Part shown: positions 28,920 to 37,212 of the stretch, in pieces
Layout of the letters: each line of letters opens with the position of its first letter
Position numbering within the stretch: position 1 is the first letter of the stretch
DNA from: Nitrososphaeria archaeon
GTDB lineage: Archaea > Thermoproteota > Nitrososphaeria > Geothermarchaeales > JDFR-13
DNA length: 64,000 nt
Direction: 5' to 3'
Assembly: GCA_027078545.1 (NCBI GenBank)
Contig: JALWXN010000004.1
Location: forward strand, 892,133 to 956,132
Position numbers and translations under genes: made by a program
The notes under the pieces: generated by a model
Databases searched by the model: none
Told to the model about the DNA's origin: nothing
Seen by the model: the letters and a program-made list of their open reading frames with translations, nothing else

Positions 28920-30338
28920 ATGCTGAAGCTACTAGACCTCTTCGAGGCGGACGACCCGATAAGCCTGAGCGAGAAGTACTATGAAAGGTTAAAGAGATGG
29001 GAGGAGAGGATAAACATCTTCATAACACTGAGGGAGTGGGGGGAGATCCAGCTTGTCCACGAGCCTGGTAAGCCCCTCTCAGGAGGCCTGATACCCGTCA
29101 AGGACAACATATCAACAAGGGGGGTGAGAACCACCTGTGGAAGCAGGATACTCGAGAACTACATACCCCCCTATGACGCCTATGCCGTGGAGAGGCTGGG
29201 GGAGATAGGCCTAAAAGTGGTTGGGAAGACCAATATGGACGAGTTCGGGATGGGGAGCACCGGGGAGAACAGCGGGTATGGACCGACACGTAATCCATGG
29301 AACACCAGCCACGTCCCCGGGGGAAGCAGCTCAGGGAGCGCAGCAGCTGTAGCGGTGGCTGGCGGGACTTCCCTCGGGAGCGATACTGGTGGTAGTGTCA
29401 GGCTACCAGCTGCATACTGCTACGTACTGGGTTTGAAGCCGACATACGGCCTGGTGAGCCGCTACGGACTAGTATCCTACGCCGATAGCCTGGAGCAGAT
29501 CGGGATACTCGCTAGATACCCGGAGGACATGGCCTACATACTATACCACATATCCAAGCTCGATAAGAGGGACATGACCATGCCACGTACAGAGGATAGG
29601 GAGGAGCTTAGGGAGAGGCTTATAAACCTCTACACCGGAGGAGCCGATGGGCTGGAGGGGTTGAGGATAGGCTACTCCCCAGAACTGATAGAGATGGCCG
29701 ACGATGCCGTGGCGAGGGAGGCATACCGGGCGCTGAATAAGCTGGTCGAGCTGGGGGTAGAGACCCTTGAGATAGACCTGGGATTCATGGAGGCAGGCCT
29801 ACCCACCTACTACGCCATAGCTATGGCCGAGGCATCCTCGAACCTGATGAGGTACGACGGCGTCCTATACGGCTACATGGAGAGGGAGGGGGAATACTGG
29901 AGCAGCGTATATAGGACACGGGCGCTGAGGCTTGGAGAGGAGGTTAAGAGGCGCATCGTCTACGGCTCCCTAATAACCTCTGCAGGCTACAGTGGGAGGT
30001 ACTACATAAAGGCGCTCAGGATAAGGAGGTGGATAAGGGACATGATGATAGATAGGCTTAGGAGGGTCGACGCCGTGCTGATGCCAACATCACCATCCAC
30101 ACCGCCCAGGCTCGGCGAGGTTGAGGGTGTGGACATGTATGCCCTAGACCTATACACAGTGATACCCAACCTAACAGGCCATCCAGCCATAAACATCCCA
30201 GCCGGATTCGTGGGCGGCCTACCAGTGGGGATACAGCTTGTAACCAGTTATTTCAACGACGACCTATTGATAAGGATCGCCAAGGGGCTCGAGGGAGTCC
30301 TATACGACCCTTCAAAGGAGGTGGATACCGATGGATAG
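28920..30338 (+). CDS. gatA: aspartyl/glutamyl-tRNA amidotransferase subunit A (amidase signature family)
   Basis: Amidase signature GGSSSGSAAAVAVAGG...GSDTGGSVRLPAA; alternative GTG start 28911 abuts the stop of the upstream ORF. Confidence 0.85.
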   Translation: MLKLLDLFEADDPISLSEKYYERLKRWEERINIFITLREWGEIQLVHEPGKPLSGGLIPVKDNISTRGVRTTCGSRILENYIPPYDAYAVERLGEIGLKVVGKTNMDEFGMGSTGENSGYGPTRNPWNTSHVPGGSSSGSAAAVAVAGGTSLGSDTGGSVRLPAAYCYVLGLKPTYGLVSRYGLVSYADSLEQIGILARYPEDMAYILYHISKLDKRDMTMPRTEDREELRERLINLYTGGADGLEGLRIGYSPELIEMADDAVAREAYRALNKLVELGVETLEIDLGFMEAGLPTYYAIAMAEASSNLMRYDGVLYGYMEREGEYWSSVYRTRALRLGEEVKRRIVYGSLITSAGYSGRYYIKALRIRRWIRDMMIDRLRRVDAVLMPTSPSTPPRLGEVEGVDMYALDLYTVIPNLTGHPAINIPAGFVGGLPVGIQLVTSYFNDDLLIRIAKGLEGVLYDPSKEVDTDG

Positions 30339-30597
30339 GGAGGATGTGGAGAAGGCCTTAAGACTAGCCGGTATAGGGGACGACCCTGAGAAATATATTG
30401 AGCAGCTGGAGAAAGTGGAGAGGCTCTTCAGCCAACTCGACAAGTGGCTCGACGAGGCTCCTGAGAGGCCTCTCTACCATCCCCTCGACATCAATACAGA
30501 GCCAAGGAGGGACGAGCCCAAAACCAGCGACACTAGCACCTGGATAGAGGGGGATGAGGAGGGCTATGTAGAGGCCCCACCCCTAAGACGTAGATAG
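30331..30597 (+). CDS. gatC: aspartyl/glutamyl-tRNA amidotransferase subunit C
   Basis: 88-aa helical protein, start overlaps gatA stop by 8 nt; position and size fit GatC. Confidence 0.6.
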   Translation: MDREDVEKALRLAGIGDDPEKYIEQLEKVERLFSQLDKWLDEAPERPLYHPLDINTEPRRDEPKTSDTSTWIEGDEEGYVEAPPLRRR

Positions 30598-31062
30598 GCT
30601 CCCCAAGAGACTCTCAACATACCCCTCCTTAACACCCTCGGATACGATGTTGAGTATGAGCCTAGTATGGGTCCGGTCGACATACTCGATCCTCTGAACC
30701 TCCTTTATGAAGCTGTCCAGCTCACTCCTGGTGCGGAACCATGCATAGAGGGTTATGTCATACTCACCAGTAATGTCATACACGGCCTGGACATTAGGCA
30801 TCGATGCCAGTCGCTCCTCAACCTCCCTCAGGAAGCCGCCCCTAACCTTCACATCGATCATCACTGGGAAGATGTATCCAAGCTTCTCCAGGTCGATATC
30901 CACGGTATACCTCCTAATAACCCCCATGTCCTCAAGCCTCTTCCTCCTCGCCTCCACAGTTCCCACGGAGACGCCCAGCCTCCTAGAGAGTTCACGGCTA
31001 CTTATACGCCCCTCCCTCAGGAGGATCGAGAGGATCTTGAGGTCCAGCCTATCCAGCTCCAT
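30583..31062 (-). CDS. lrp: Lrp/AsnC family transcriptional regulator
   Basis: HTH LDRLDLKILSILLREGRISSRELSRRLGVSVGTVEARRKRLEDMGVIRRYTV followed by RAM domain; internal ATG 31062 used, the track's 73-aa N-terminal extension rejected. Confidence 0.8.
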   Translation of the reverse strand: MELDRLDLKILSILLREGRISSRELSRRLGVSVGTVEARRKRLEDMGVIRRYTVDIDLEKLGYIFPVMIDVKVRGGFLREVEERLASMPNVQAVYDITGEYDITLYAWFRTRSELDSFIKEVQRIEYVDRTHTRLILNIVSEGVKEGYVESLLGSLSTS

Positions 31063-31064
31063 AT

Positions 31065-31207
31065 GTATCTCTATATGCACCGCCCTACATAAACAAATGT
31101 CCAGTTTAGAGTCGACTAGATGGATGAACATTAAACATGTGTCTAGATCCGTTTTATGACTGACCCGTGAGAAGCTCTTTACATATACATCCATGGGGTG
31201 GTAATCC
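31065..31207. promoter_or_regulatory. divergent lrp / glnA promoter region
   Basis: TATA-like CTTTACATATACA at 31177-31189 (about 20-30 nt upstream of glnA TTG 31208) and minus-strand TTTGTTTATGTAG at 31087-31099 (about 25-35 nt upstream of lrp ATG). Confidence 0.3.
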
Positions 31208-32611
31208 TTGGACGAGGTTGTCGAGAAGGTATTCGAGGATATGGAGCTGAACAAGGTGAGGTGGGTAACACTCACCTTCACAGACCTAAGGGGCTACCAG
31301 AAACAGGTCACGATCAAGAGAAAGCCAGAGAAGGAGTGGCTCGAGAAGCTCTTCAAACGGGGGGTGGGGAAGCTTGACGGGAGCAGTATCGAGGGGTTCC
31401 AAGACATATCGGAGAGCGACCTGATGCTGAGGCCCGACCCCACGACCTACGCGATACTCCCGTGGGCCGGGGACACCGCCAGGCTAATATCCAACATATT
31501 GATCAGGGGTGAGGACTATCCAAAGGACCCCAGGGGAGCCCTAGCCAAGACCGTGGAGAAGATGGGTCCATACATACCATTGATGGGTGCAGAGGTAGAG
31601 TTCTTCATACTCAACGGAATATCCACGGTTGTCAACGACCTGGAATATACATTCCTGACAAGCCTGGAGACGCTCGAGGCACCAGTTACACAGGGATATC
31701 CCTACAGGCCGAAGACCGGGTACTACATGGAGTGGGGCCTCGACACTGTGATAGGCTTTAGGAGGAGGCTGGTAGAGGTGCTGGAGGGCTGGTTCGGGAT
31801 GGAGGTCGAGAGCCACCACCACGAGGTGGCCATAGCTGGGCAGAGCGAGATAAACATCAGGTATGGAGACCCCGTCTCCACGGCGGACAACGTGATGACC
31901 CTGAAATACGTGGCCCGTGTACTGGCTAGGGAGGAGTATGGGGGCATAACACCCCTCTTCATGCCTAAACCCATACCTACCGATAACGGCTCAGGCCTAC
32001 ACATGCATATAAGCCTCGTGAGGGATGGTAGGAACATCTTCTACGACCCAGACGACGAGTATGCACATCTAAGCCAGGAGGCCAGGTACTTCATAGGTGG
32101 GCTGCTCGAGCATGGACGGGCATTGTCAGCACTGGTCTCCCCAACAGTCAACAGCTACCATAGACTAGTCCCAGGCTACGAGGCACCGATATACCTGACA
32201 TGGGGAAGGTCCAACAGGAGCGCGGCTGTCAGGGTACCATTCTACGACCCCGAGAGTAGGAATGCGAAGCTGGAGTATAGACCCCCAGACCCGTCATGCA
32301 ACCCATACATAGCCATGGCAGGGATACTCGCGGCTGGCATGGACGGATTAAAGAAGAAGAGGGATCCAGGGCCACCGGTCGATGAGAACGTTTATAAAAT
32401 GCCTAAGCAGAGGGTTAGGGAGCTGGGTATAAAGACCCTACCAGCCAGCCTACTAGAGGCTCTGGAGGAGCTGGAGAGCGACATGACATTCCTCGAGAAG
32501 TATATCCCGAGGGAGCTCCTAGAGAGCTATATAGAGCTCAAGAGGGAGGAGGCCAAGACACTGGCTAAGTACCCATCCCCCGCCGAGTTCCAGCTATACT
32601 CATCCCTATAG
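31208..32611 (+). CDS. glnA: glutamine synthetase, type I
   Basis: VRWVTLTFTDLRG N-terminal beta-grasp, GAEVEFF, HHHEVAIAGQSEINIRYG, NGSGLHMHISL, SPTVNSYHRL, RVP. Start TTG 31208 or ATG 31241. Confidence 0.85.
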   Translation: MDEVVEKVFEDMELNKVRWVTLTFTDLRGYQKQVTIKRKPEKEWLEKLFKRGVGKLDGSSIEGFQDISESDLMLRPDPTTYAILPWAGDTARLISNILIRGEDYPKDPRGALAKTVEKMGPYIPLMGAEVEFFILNGISTVVNDLEYTFLTSLETLEAPVTQGYPYRPKTGYYMEWGLDTVIGFRRRLVEVLEGWFGMEVESHHHEVAIAGQSEINIRYGDPVSTADNVMTLKYVARVLAREEYGGITPLFMPKPIPTDNGSGLHMHISLVRDGRNIFYDPDDEYAHLSQEARYFIGGLLEHGRALSALVSPTVNSYHRLVPGYEAPIYLTWGRSNRSAAVRVPFYDPESRNAKLEYRPPDPSCNPYIAMAGILAAGMDGLKKKRDPGPPVDENVYKMPKQRVRELGIKTLPASLLEALEELESDMTFLEKYIPRELLESYIELKREEAKTLAKYPSPAEFQLYSSL

Positions 32612-32730
32612 CCGGCCTACCCACACACTTTTTAAACACTACATTCCTAGAGAGATCCCTGGGAAGCCTTATTTATAGAGTAGGCCCCGTATAATCTTGT
32701 TAGTCCACATCCAAGGAGTTGAAGGAGGAG

Positions 32731-33168
32731 ATGCCGAACGTATTCGTCTTCAACAGCCTGATGAGTACCTACCGCCACCCCTGGCGAGAGAGCGTGGAGG
32801 ACGGGAAGCTGAAGATACTGCTGGGGGCCTACAGGAGGAGCGTAGGCGTACTCGACGAGTACATAATAGTCTGGAAGAGGGACAGCTCCTACCCATACCT
32901 AGTCAGGGACCCCGAGGGCCTAGTAATAGGAGAGGTGATATTCGACGTACCCCAGGACGTTATAGGCGTCCTAGACGAGTATGAGATGAGTCCGAGGAAG
33001 AACTATAGGGTGGAGGAGCAGATACGCCTACCCGATGGACAGGTCGTAGACGCGTTTGTATATGTATGGAAGGGAGAGGACACCCATGAGAAGGATGAGG
33101 AGTTCAGGACACTCCTACCCGCGGATAAGATACCTGAGGAGCTGAAGAGCGAGGTAAAGACCGACTAG
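32731..33168 (+). CDS. gamma-glutamylcyclotransferase-like (AIG2/GGCT fold) protein
   Basis: N-terminal VFVFNSLMS resembles the YGSL motif of AIG2-like proteins; ATG 32731 preferred over TTG 32719. Confidence 0.5.
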   Translation: MPNVFVFNSLMSTYRHPWRESVEDGKLKILLGAYRRSVGVLDEYIIVWKRDSSYPYLVRDPEGLVIGEVIFDVPQDVIGVLDEYEMSPRKNYRVEEQIRLPDGQVVDAFVYVWKGEDTHEKDEEFRTLLPADKIPEELKSEVKTD

Positions 33169-33170
33169 AG

Positions 33171-34163
33171 ATGCTACGTAGGATAATCGAGACAGTGGGT
33201 ATAACCATACTCCTACTATTTATCCTAATAGTCCTGGGAGCCATAACCTTCTCCATAATAGAGGGGAGGAACCTACTAGACTCCCTCTACTACATGATAA
33301 CCGTCCTAACCACCGTGGGCTTCGGAGACATAACACCCCAGACCGAGCTTGGGAAGATACACTTCATGATAACCATCTTCCTAGGCCTAGCACTATTCGG
33401 ATACTTCATATCCAGCGTATCCTCAATACTTTCTGAGGATAGGCTGGCCAAGCTATTCCCCGGCCTGATCGGATATGGAGTGGAGGGGGAGAAATTGAAG
33501 AACCACGTGATAATCATAGGGTGGAACGAGTTCGCCAGCAACGCCTACCAGGAGGCGACGCTCAACGGCATCGAGGTGGTCGTCCTAGTCACCAGTGAGG
33601 ACCAGGCTAAGACACTGGCGAGGGAGGGGATAACCACCTACCCAGGCAGCCTAGACGACCCAAAGACATATGAGGAGCTGAGGATGGAGGAGGCGAGGGG
33701 GATAATACTTACCGAGCCAGACCCGACGAGGCTCATCATAGACATCCTGAAGATCAGGAAGAGGGTTAAGGAGACCCCGATAACCGTGCTTGTATATAGC
33801 TCAGAGCTGGAGGACGTCCTGAAGCAGGCGGGAGCCAACTTCGTCCTAAACATAGCCGAGGTGGGTGGGAGGCTACTAGCCAACAGCGTGATAGAGCCTA
33901 GGGCGACACATATAGAGATAGACATGCTGAAGAGGGGCGGCCTAGACATCATGGAGTACGAGGTGAAGGAGAACCTGACAGGCAAGACCATGGGCGAGGT
34001 GGAGGAGGAGATCGGGAGTGATATACTGGCGCTAGTCAGGGGCGACGAGTATATCCTCAAGCCGGACAGGAACACGAGGCTGAAGCCGGGGGACAGGATA
34101 ATACTGATGGGCTACAGCGACCAGATGCAGAGGGATATGGATAAGCTGGATAGGAAGGGGTAG
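33171..34163 (+). CDS. potassium channel with cytoplasmic RCK/TrkA domain (MthK-like)
   Basis: Two TM helices flanking pore helix and selectivity filter TVGFGD; RCK Rossmann-like HVIIIGWNEF and C-terminal TrkA-C-like region. Confidence 0.85.
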   Translation: MLRRIIETVGITILLLFILIVLGAITFSIIEGRNLLDSLYYMITVLTTVGFGDITPQTELGKIHFMITIFLGLALFGYFISSVSSILSEDRLAKLFPGLIGYGVEGEKLKNHVIIIGWNEFASNAYQEATLNGIEVVVLVTSEDQAKTLAREGITTYPGSLDDPKTYEELRMEEARGIILTEPDPTRLIIDILKIRKRVKETPITVLVYSSELEDVLKQAGANFVLNIAEVGGRLLANSVIEPRATHIEIDMLKRGGLDIMEYEVKENLTGKTMGEVEEEIGSDILALVRGDEYILKPDRNTRLKPGDRIILMGYSDQMQRDMDKLDRKG

Positions 34164-34252
34164 GGCCGTCACGGGCTATACGGATCGGGCGGAACACTTT
34201 CACACTACACATCACCTGGATGATATACACCTAGGCAGTCCATACACTATTG

Positions 34253-34894
34253 ATGAGGAGCACCGGCGTATGGTTCCTAGACGAGGTATTCGGCGGTATA
34301 AGGCCTGGGAAGACTTATGAGGTGGACGGCTATCCATGGAGCCTCCTAAAGGAGGTTATGCACCGTGTGGTGGCCCACCTCTCCATGGAGAGCCGCGTAG
34401 TCATCATATATGGACAGTACTTCGACGGGCTTGATCCATACCTCCTGATAAGGATTGGGCGTGAAGAAGGGCTAGACACGGGCCTCCTGAAGAGGAATAT
34501 AAGGCTCGCCCGCTGCTTCAAGGGGGAGGACATGGCGACGAATATCAGGAGGGGTGTTAGGACGGCTGGATACCTATTGGTGGTCGACCCCTACCTACAC
34601 ACCTACATGACTGGTAGGGCCGATCTCTATCCCATGATAGCCTCCGAACTATACAGGGCCAAGATGAGGGGTAGGGGGATACTCATCTTCAACAGGATAA
34701 GGTGGGATGGGAAGCCCCTAGGCGGAAACCTCCATCGACACTCCCTCGACTATGTAGCCAGGCTCGTTATGATGGATAGGCTTATACATGTGGAGCTGGT
34801 GAAGGCACTGGACAGGCCATCCATAAGCTTCGCCATCGACTCCTCAAACCCCTGGAGAAGGGGGATACAACACCTCCTCGACAGGTGGATATGA
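34253..34894 (+). CDS. RecA-superfamily protein with degenerate Walker A (RadA-paralog-like; function unknown)
   Basis: FLDEVFGGIRPGKTYEV resembles the RadA/RecA LDxxLGGGxxxG region but a canonical P-loop is not evident; tightly coupled to downstream genes. Confidence 0.45.
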   Translation: MRSTGVWFLDEVFGGIRPGKTYEVDGYPWSLLKEVMHRVVAHLSMESRVVIIYGQYFDGLDPYLLIRIGREEGLDTGLLKRNIRLARCFKGEDMATNIRRGVRTAGYLLVVDPYLHTYMTGRADLYPMIASELYRAKMRGRGILIFNRIRWDGKPLGGNLHRHSLDYVARLVMMDRLIHVELVKALDRPSISFAIDSSNPWRRGIQHLLDRWI

Positions 34895-34895
34895 G

Positions 34896-35162
34896 ATGGG
34901 GAGGTCTATACCCAGCCCAACCAGGCATATAGACCGTGAGATAAGGAGGATTAGGAGGCTGGCCAGGAGATACCCGATGTATAGAGAGGGGCTCGAGAGG
35001 CTGGCGAGGATACTGAGGAGGCGGAGGAGCATAGTATACCTCCTAACCGACCCTGAGGACGTGGCCGACCTACCATACCTAGTCGCCGCATCGGTGCTAC
35101 AGGGTGGTGAGGATGGGGACGGGCTGGATACTCAGGGTATTGAGAGACCTAGAGAGGGATAG
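34896..35162 (+). CDS. small arginine-rich hypothetical protein
   Basis: 88-aa ORF starting 2 nt after the upstream stop and overlapping the polB2-like start by 59 nt; Arg-rich N-terminus, acidic C-terminus. Could be spurious. Confidence 0.3.
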   Translation: MGRSIPSPTRHIDREIRRIRRLARRYPMYREGLERLARILRRRRSIVYLLTDPEDVADLPYLVAASVLQGGEDGDGLDTQGIERPREG

Positions 35163-37116
35163 ATACGTACTCGTCATCAGGGAGTTTAGTGGTAGGAAGA
35201 TCCTCAGGGACCTAGTGCACCACCCCTCGATATACGTCAGCGGGGATAGGGAGGACCTGAGGGAGCTGCTTAGGGGGCTGGAGGCCTCGGACTACCTAGT
35301 CGACTATGTATATGAGGAGTGGCTCCTCCCACCCTGGTATAGGAGGAGGGGGAGGATACTTAGGATAGACCTGCCAGGCCCTAGGGAGTATGACGAGGTC
35401 CTTAGACACCTTAGGCTGGACGGGAGGTATAGGCTGTGGAACACCTATCCAAGCGACACCCAGATGACGATGTATAGGATGGGGATAGCCCCCTCACTAC
35501 TCCTCAGGACAATGGATCTCCACCCAATAGACAATCCATGGGACATGAACTATCTAGAGCCCAGGTTCAGAAGGGTGGTCATAAGGCTCCTAGACTGGTA
35601 CGGAGAGGTGGTGAATCCATGGGCTAAGGAGCCGACGATCTACGAGGTGTCCTACAACCTGGATGGCTACTGGGACGAGGCTATCTATAGAGGGCTGGAC
35701 AGCCTCATAGACGACCTGAGGGAGTACGACCCCGACGTGGTGGAGTTCACCTCATCATCCGCATATATATGGCTGAGGGAGAGGGATGAGTTCTTCAGAG
35801 ACACTTCGAGGGCATATATAGACTATGAGAGGAACGTCCTGGAGCCCCATGAATACCACGGCTTCATAGAGCTCAGCAGGCTCAGCAGGACGGATATACA
35901 CGAGGTATCAAGATACAGCATAGGGAAGATACTCACCACGATAGAGGCCTACGAGGCACTATCAATGGGCCGCGCCATACCTGAGGTGAGGACTGAGTGG
36001 GAGGGCTTCAAGGACATCAGGCTCCTAAGCAGGGTCGACAGGGGTGGATACATAGCCAGCCCGAGGCCCGGGCTATACTGGAACGTGGCCCAGTGCGACT
36101 TCACAAGCCTATACCCCTCCATAATCGTGAGGTACAACATTGGTAACGAGACCGTCAATAGGCCTGGCTGCAGCAGGGAGATAAGGGTTCCCGAGGCTGG
36201 GCACAGGATATGCCTAGACACTAGATCCGTCGTGGCAAGCACGCTGGAGAAGCTCTTGAAGAGGAGGGTCAGGCTTAAAGACATGGCTAGGGAGACTGGC
36301 AACCCCATCCTGAATAGTCGGCAGAACGCCTTGAAATGGATACTCGTCACATGCTTCGGATACCTAGGCTATAGGAACGCCCGGTTCGGGAAGATCGAGG
36401 CCTATGAATCGGTGACCTCCTACGCGAGGCAGATAATGTATAGGGCTGCAGAGATAGCCAGGGAGATGGGGCTGGAGGTGATCCACATACTGGTGGACAG
36501 CATATGGGTATCCGGCGGAGACGAGGAGACCTATAGGAAGTACTGTATGAAGGTAACCCTAGAGACGGGGTTCAGGATGGAGCTCGAGGCCCTCTACAGG
36601 TGGCTATACATACCCCCCAACAGGTCGGGCATGGGTGAGGCGGCGATAAACAGGTATGTAGGCGGACTGATGGAGGGTGGCTACAAGGCCAAGGGTGTAG
36701 AGATGGTTAGGAGCGATGTCCCCAGGATAGTAGCCGAGTTCCAGCGCTACGCACTCGCACTACTAGCAACCGCTAAGACCCCTGAGGAGCTTGAACACAT
36801 GGCCAGTAAGATCCCAGTGCTGATAGATAAGTTCAGAGCCGCCATGTTAAGCGGGGAGGTAGAGCTGGAGGACCTCGTAGTAACACGTAGACTCTCCAAG
36901 AAGCCGGGTGAATACCTGTCTAGACAGCCACATGTAGAGGCGGCCAAGAAGCTTGGTAGATGGGTGGGCAAGGTGAAGTATATACTCACATCCAGGGGGC
37001 CGGTGCCGGTGGAGCTATGGAGACCCTCGATGGGCTACGACGTCGATAAATATGTCGAGATGATGGTTAGGAGCCTAGCCAGCCTACCAGTACCACTAGA
37101 GAGGCTGGGCCTATAA
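35104..37116 (+). CDS. family B DNA polymerase, PolB2 (Dpo2)-like, no exonuclease motifs and degenerate motifs B and C
   Basis: Motif A DFTSLYPSII intact; motif B region NALKWILVTCFGYLG diverged from KxxxNSxYG; motif C position reads HILVDSIW instead of YGDTDS; 670 aa. GTG 35104 or ATG 35113. Confidence 0.75.
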   Translation: MVRMGTGWILRVLRDLERDRYVLVIREFSGRKILRDLVHHPSIYVSGDREDLRELLRGLEASDYLVDYVYEEWLLPPWYRRRGRILRIDLPGPREYDEVLRHLRLDGRYRLWNTYPSDTQMTMYRMGIAPSLLLRTMDLHPIDNPWDMNYLEPRFRRVVIRLLDWYGEVVNPWAKEPTIYEVSYNLDGYWDEAIYRGLDSLIDDLREYDPDVVEFTSSSAYIWLRERDEFFRDTSRAYIDYERNVLEPHEYHGFIELSRLSRTDIHEVSRYSIGKILTTIEAYEALSMGRAIPEVRTEWEGFKDIRLLSRVDRGGYIASPRPGLYWNVAQCDFTSLYPSIIVRYNIGNETVNRPGCSREIRVPEAGHRICLDTRSVVASTLEKLLKRRVRLKDMARETGNPILNSRQNALKWILVTCFGYLGYRNARFGKIEAYESVTSYARQIMYRAAEIAREMGLEVIHILVDSIWVSGGDEETYRKYCMKVTLETGFRMELEALYRWLYIPPNRSGMGEAAINRYVGGLMEGGYKAKGVEMVRSDVPRIVAEFQRYALALLATAKTPEELEHMASKIPVLIDKFRAAMLSGEVELEDLVVTRRLSKKPGEYLSRQPHVEAAKKLGRWVGKVKYILTSRGPVPVELWRPSMGYDVDKYVEMMVRSLASLPVPLERLGL

Positions 37117-37212
37117 ACCCCTCCAAACATATCCGCCCCGGTATAGACCGAATCTCTGAATATATATTCAATAAGCAATATACAATGGGGACACAGATGG
37201 GTATGATGCCTC

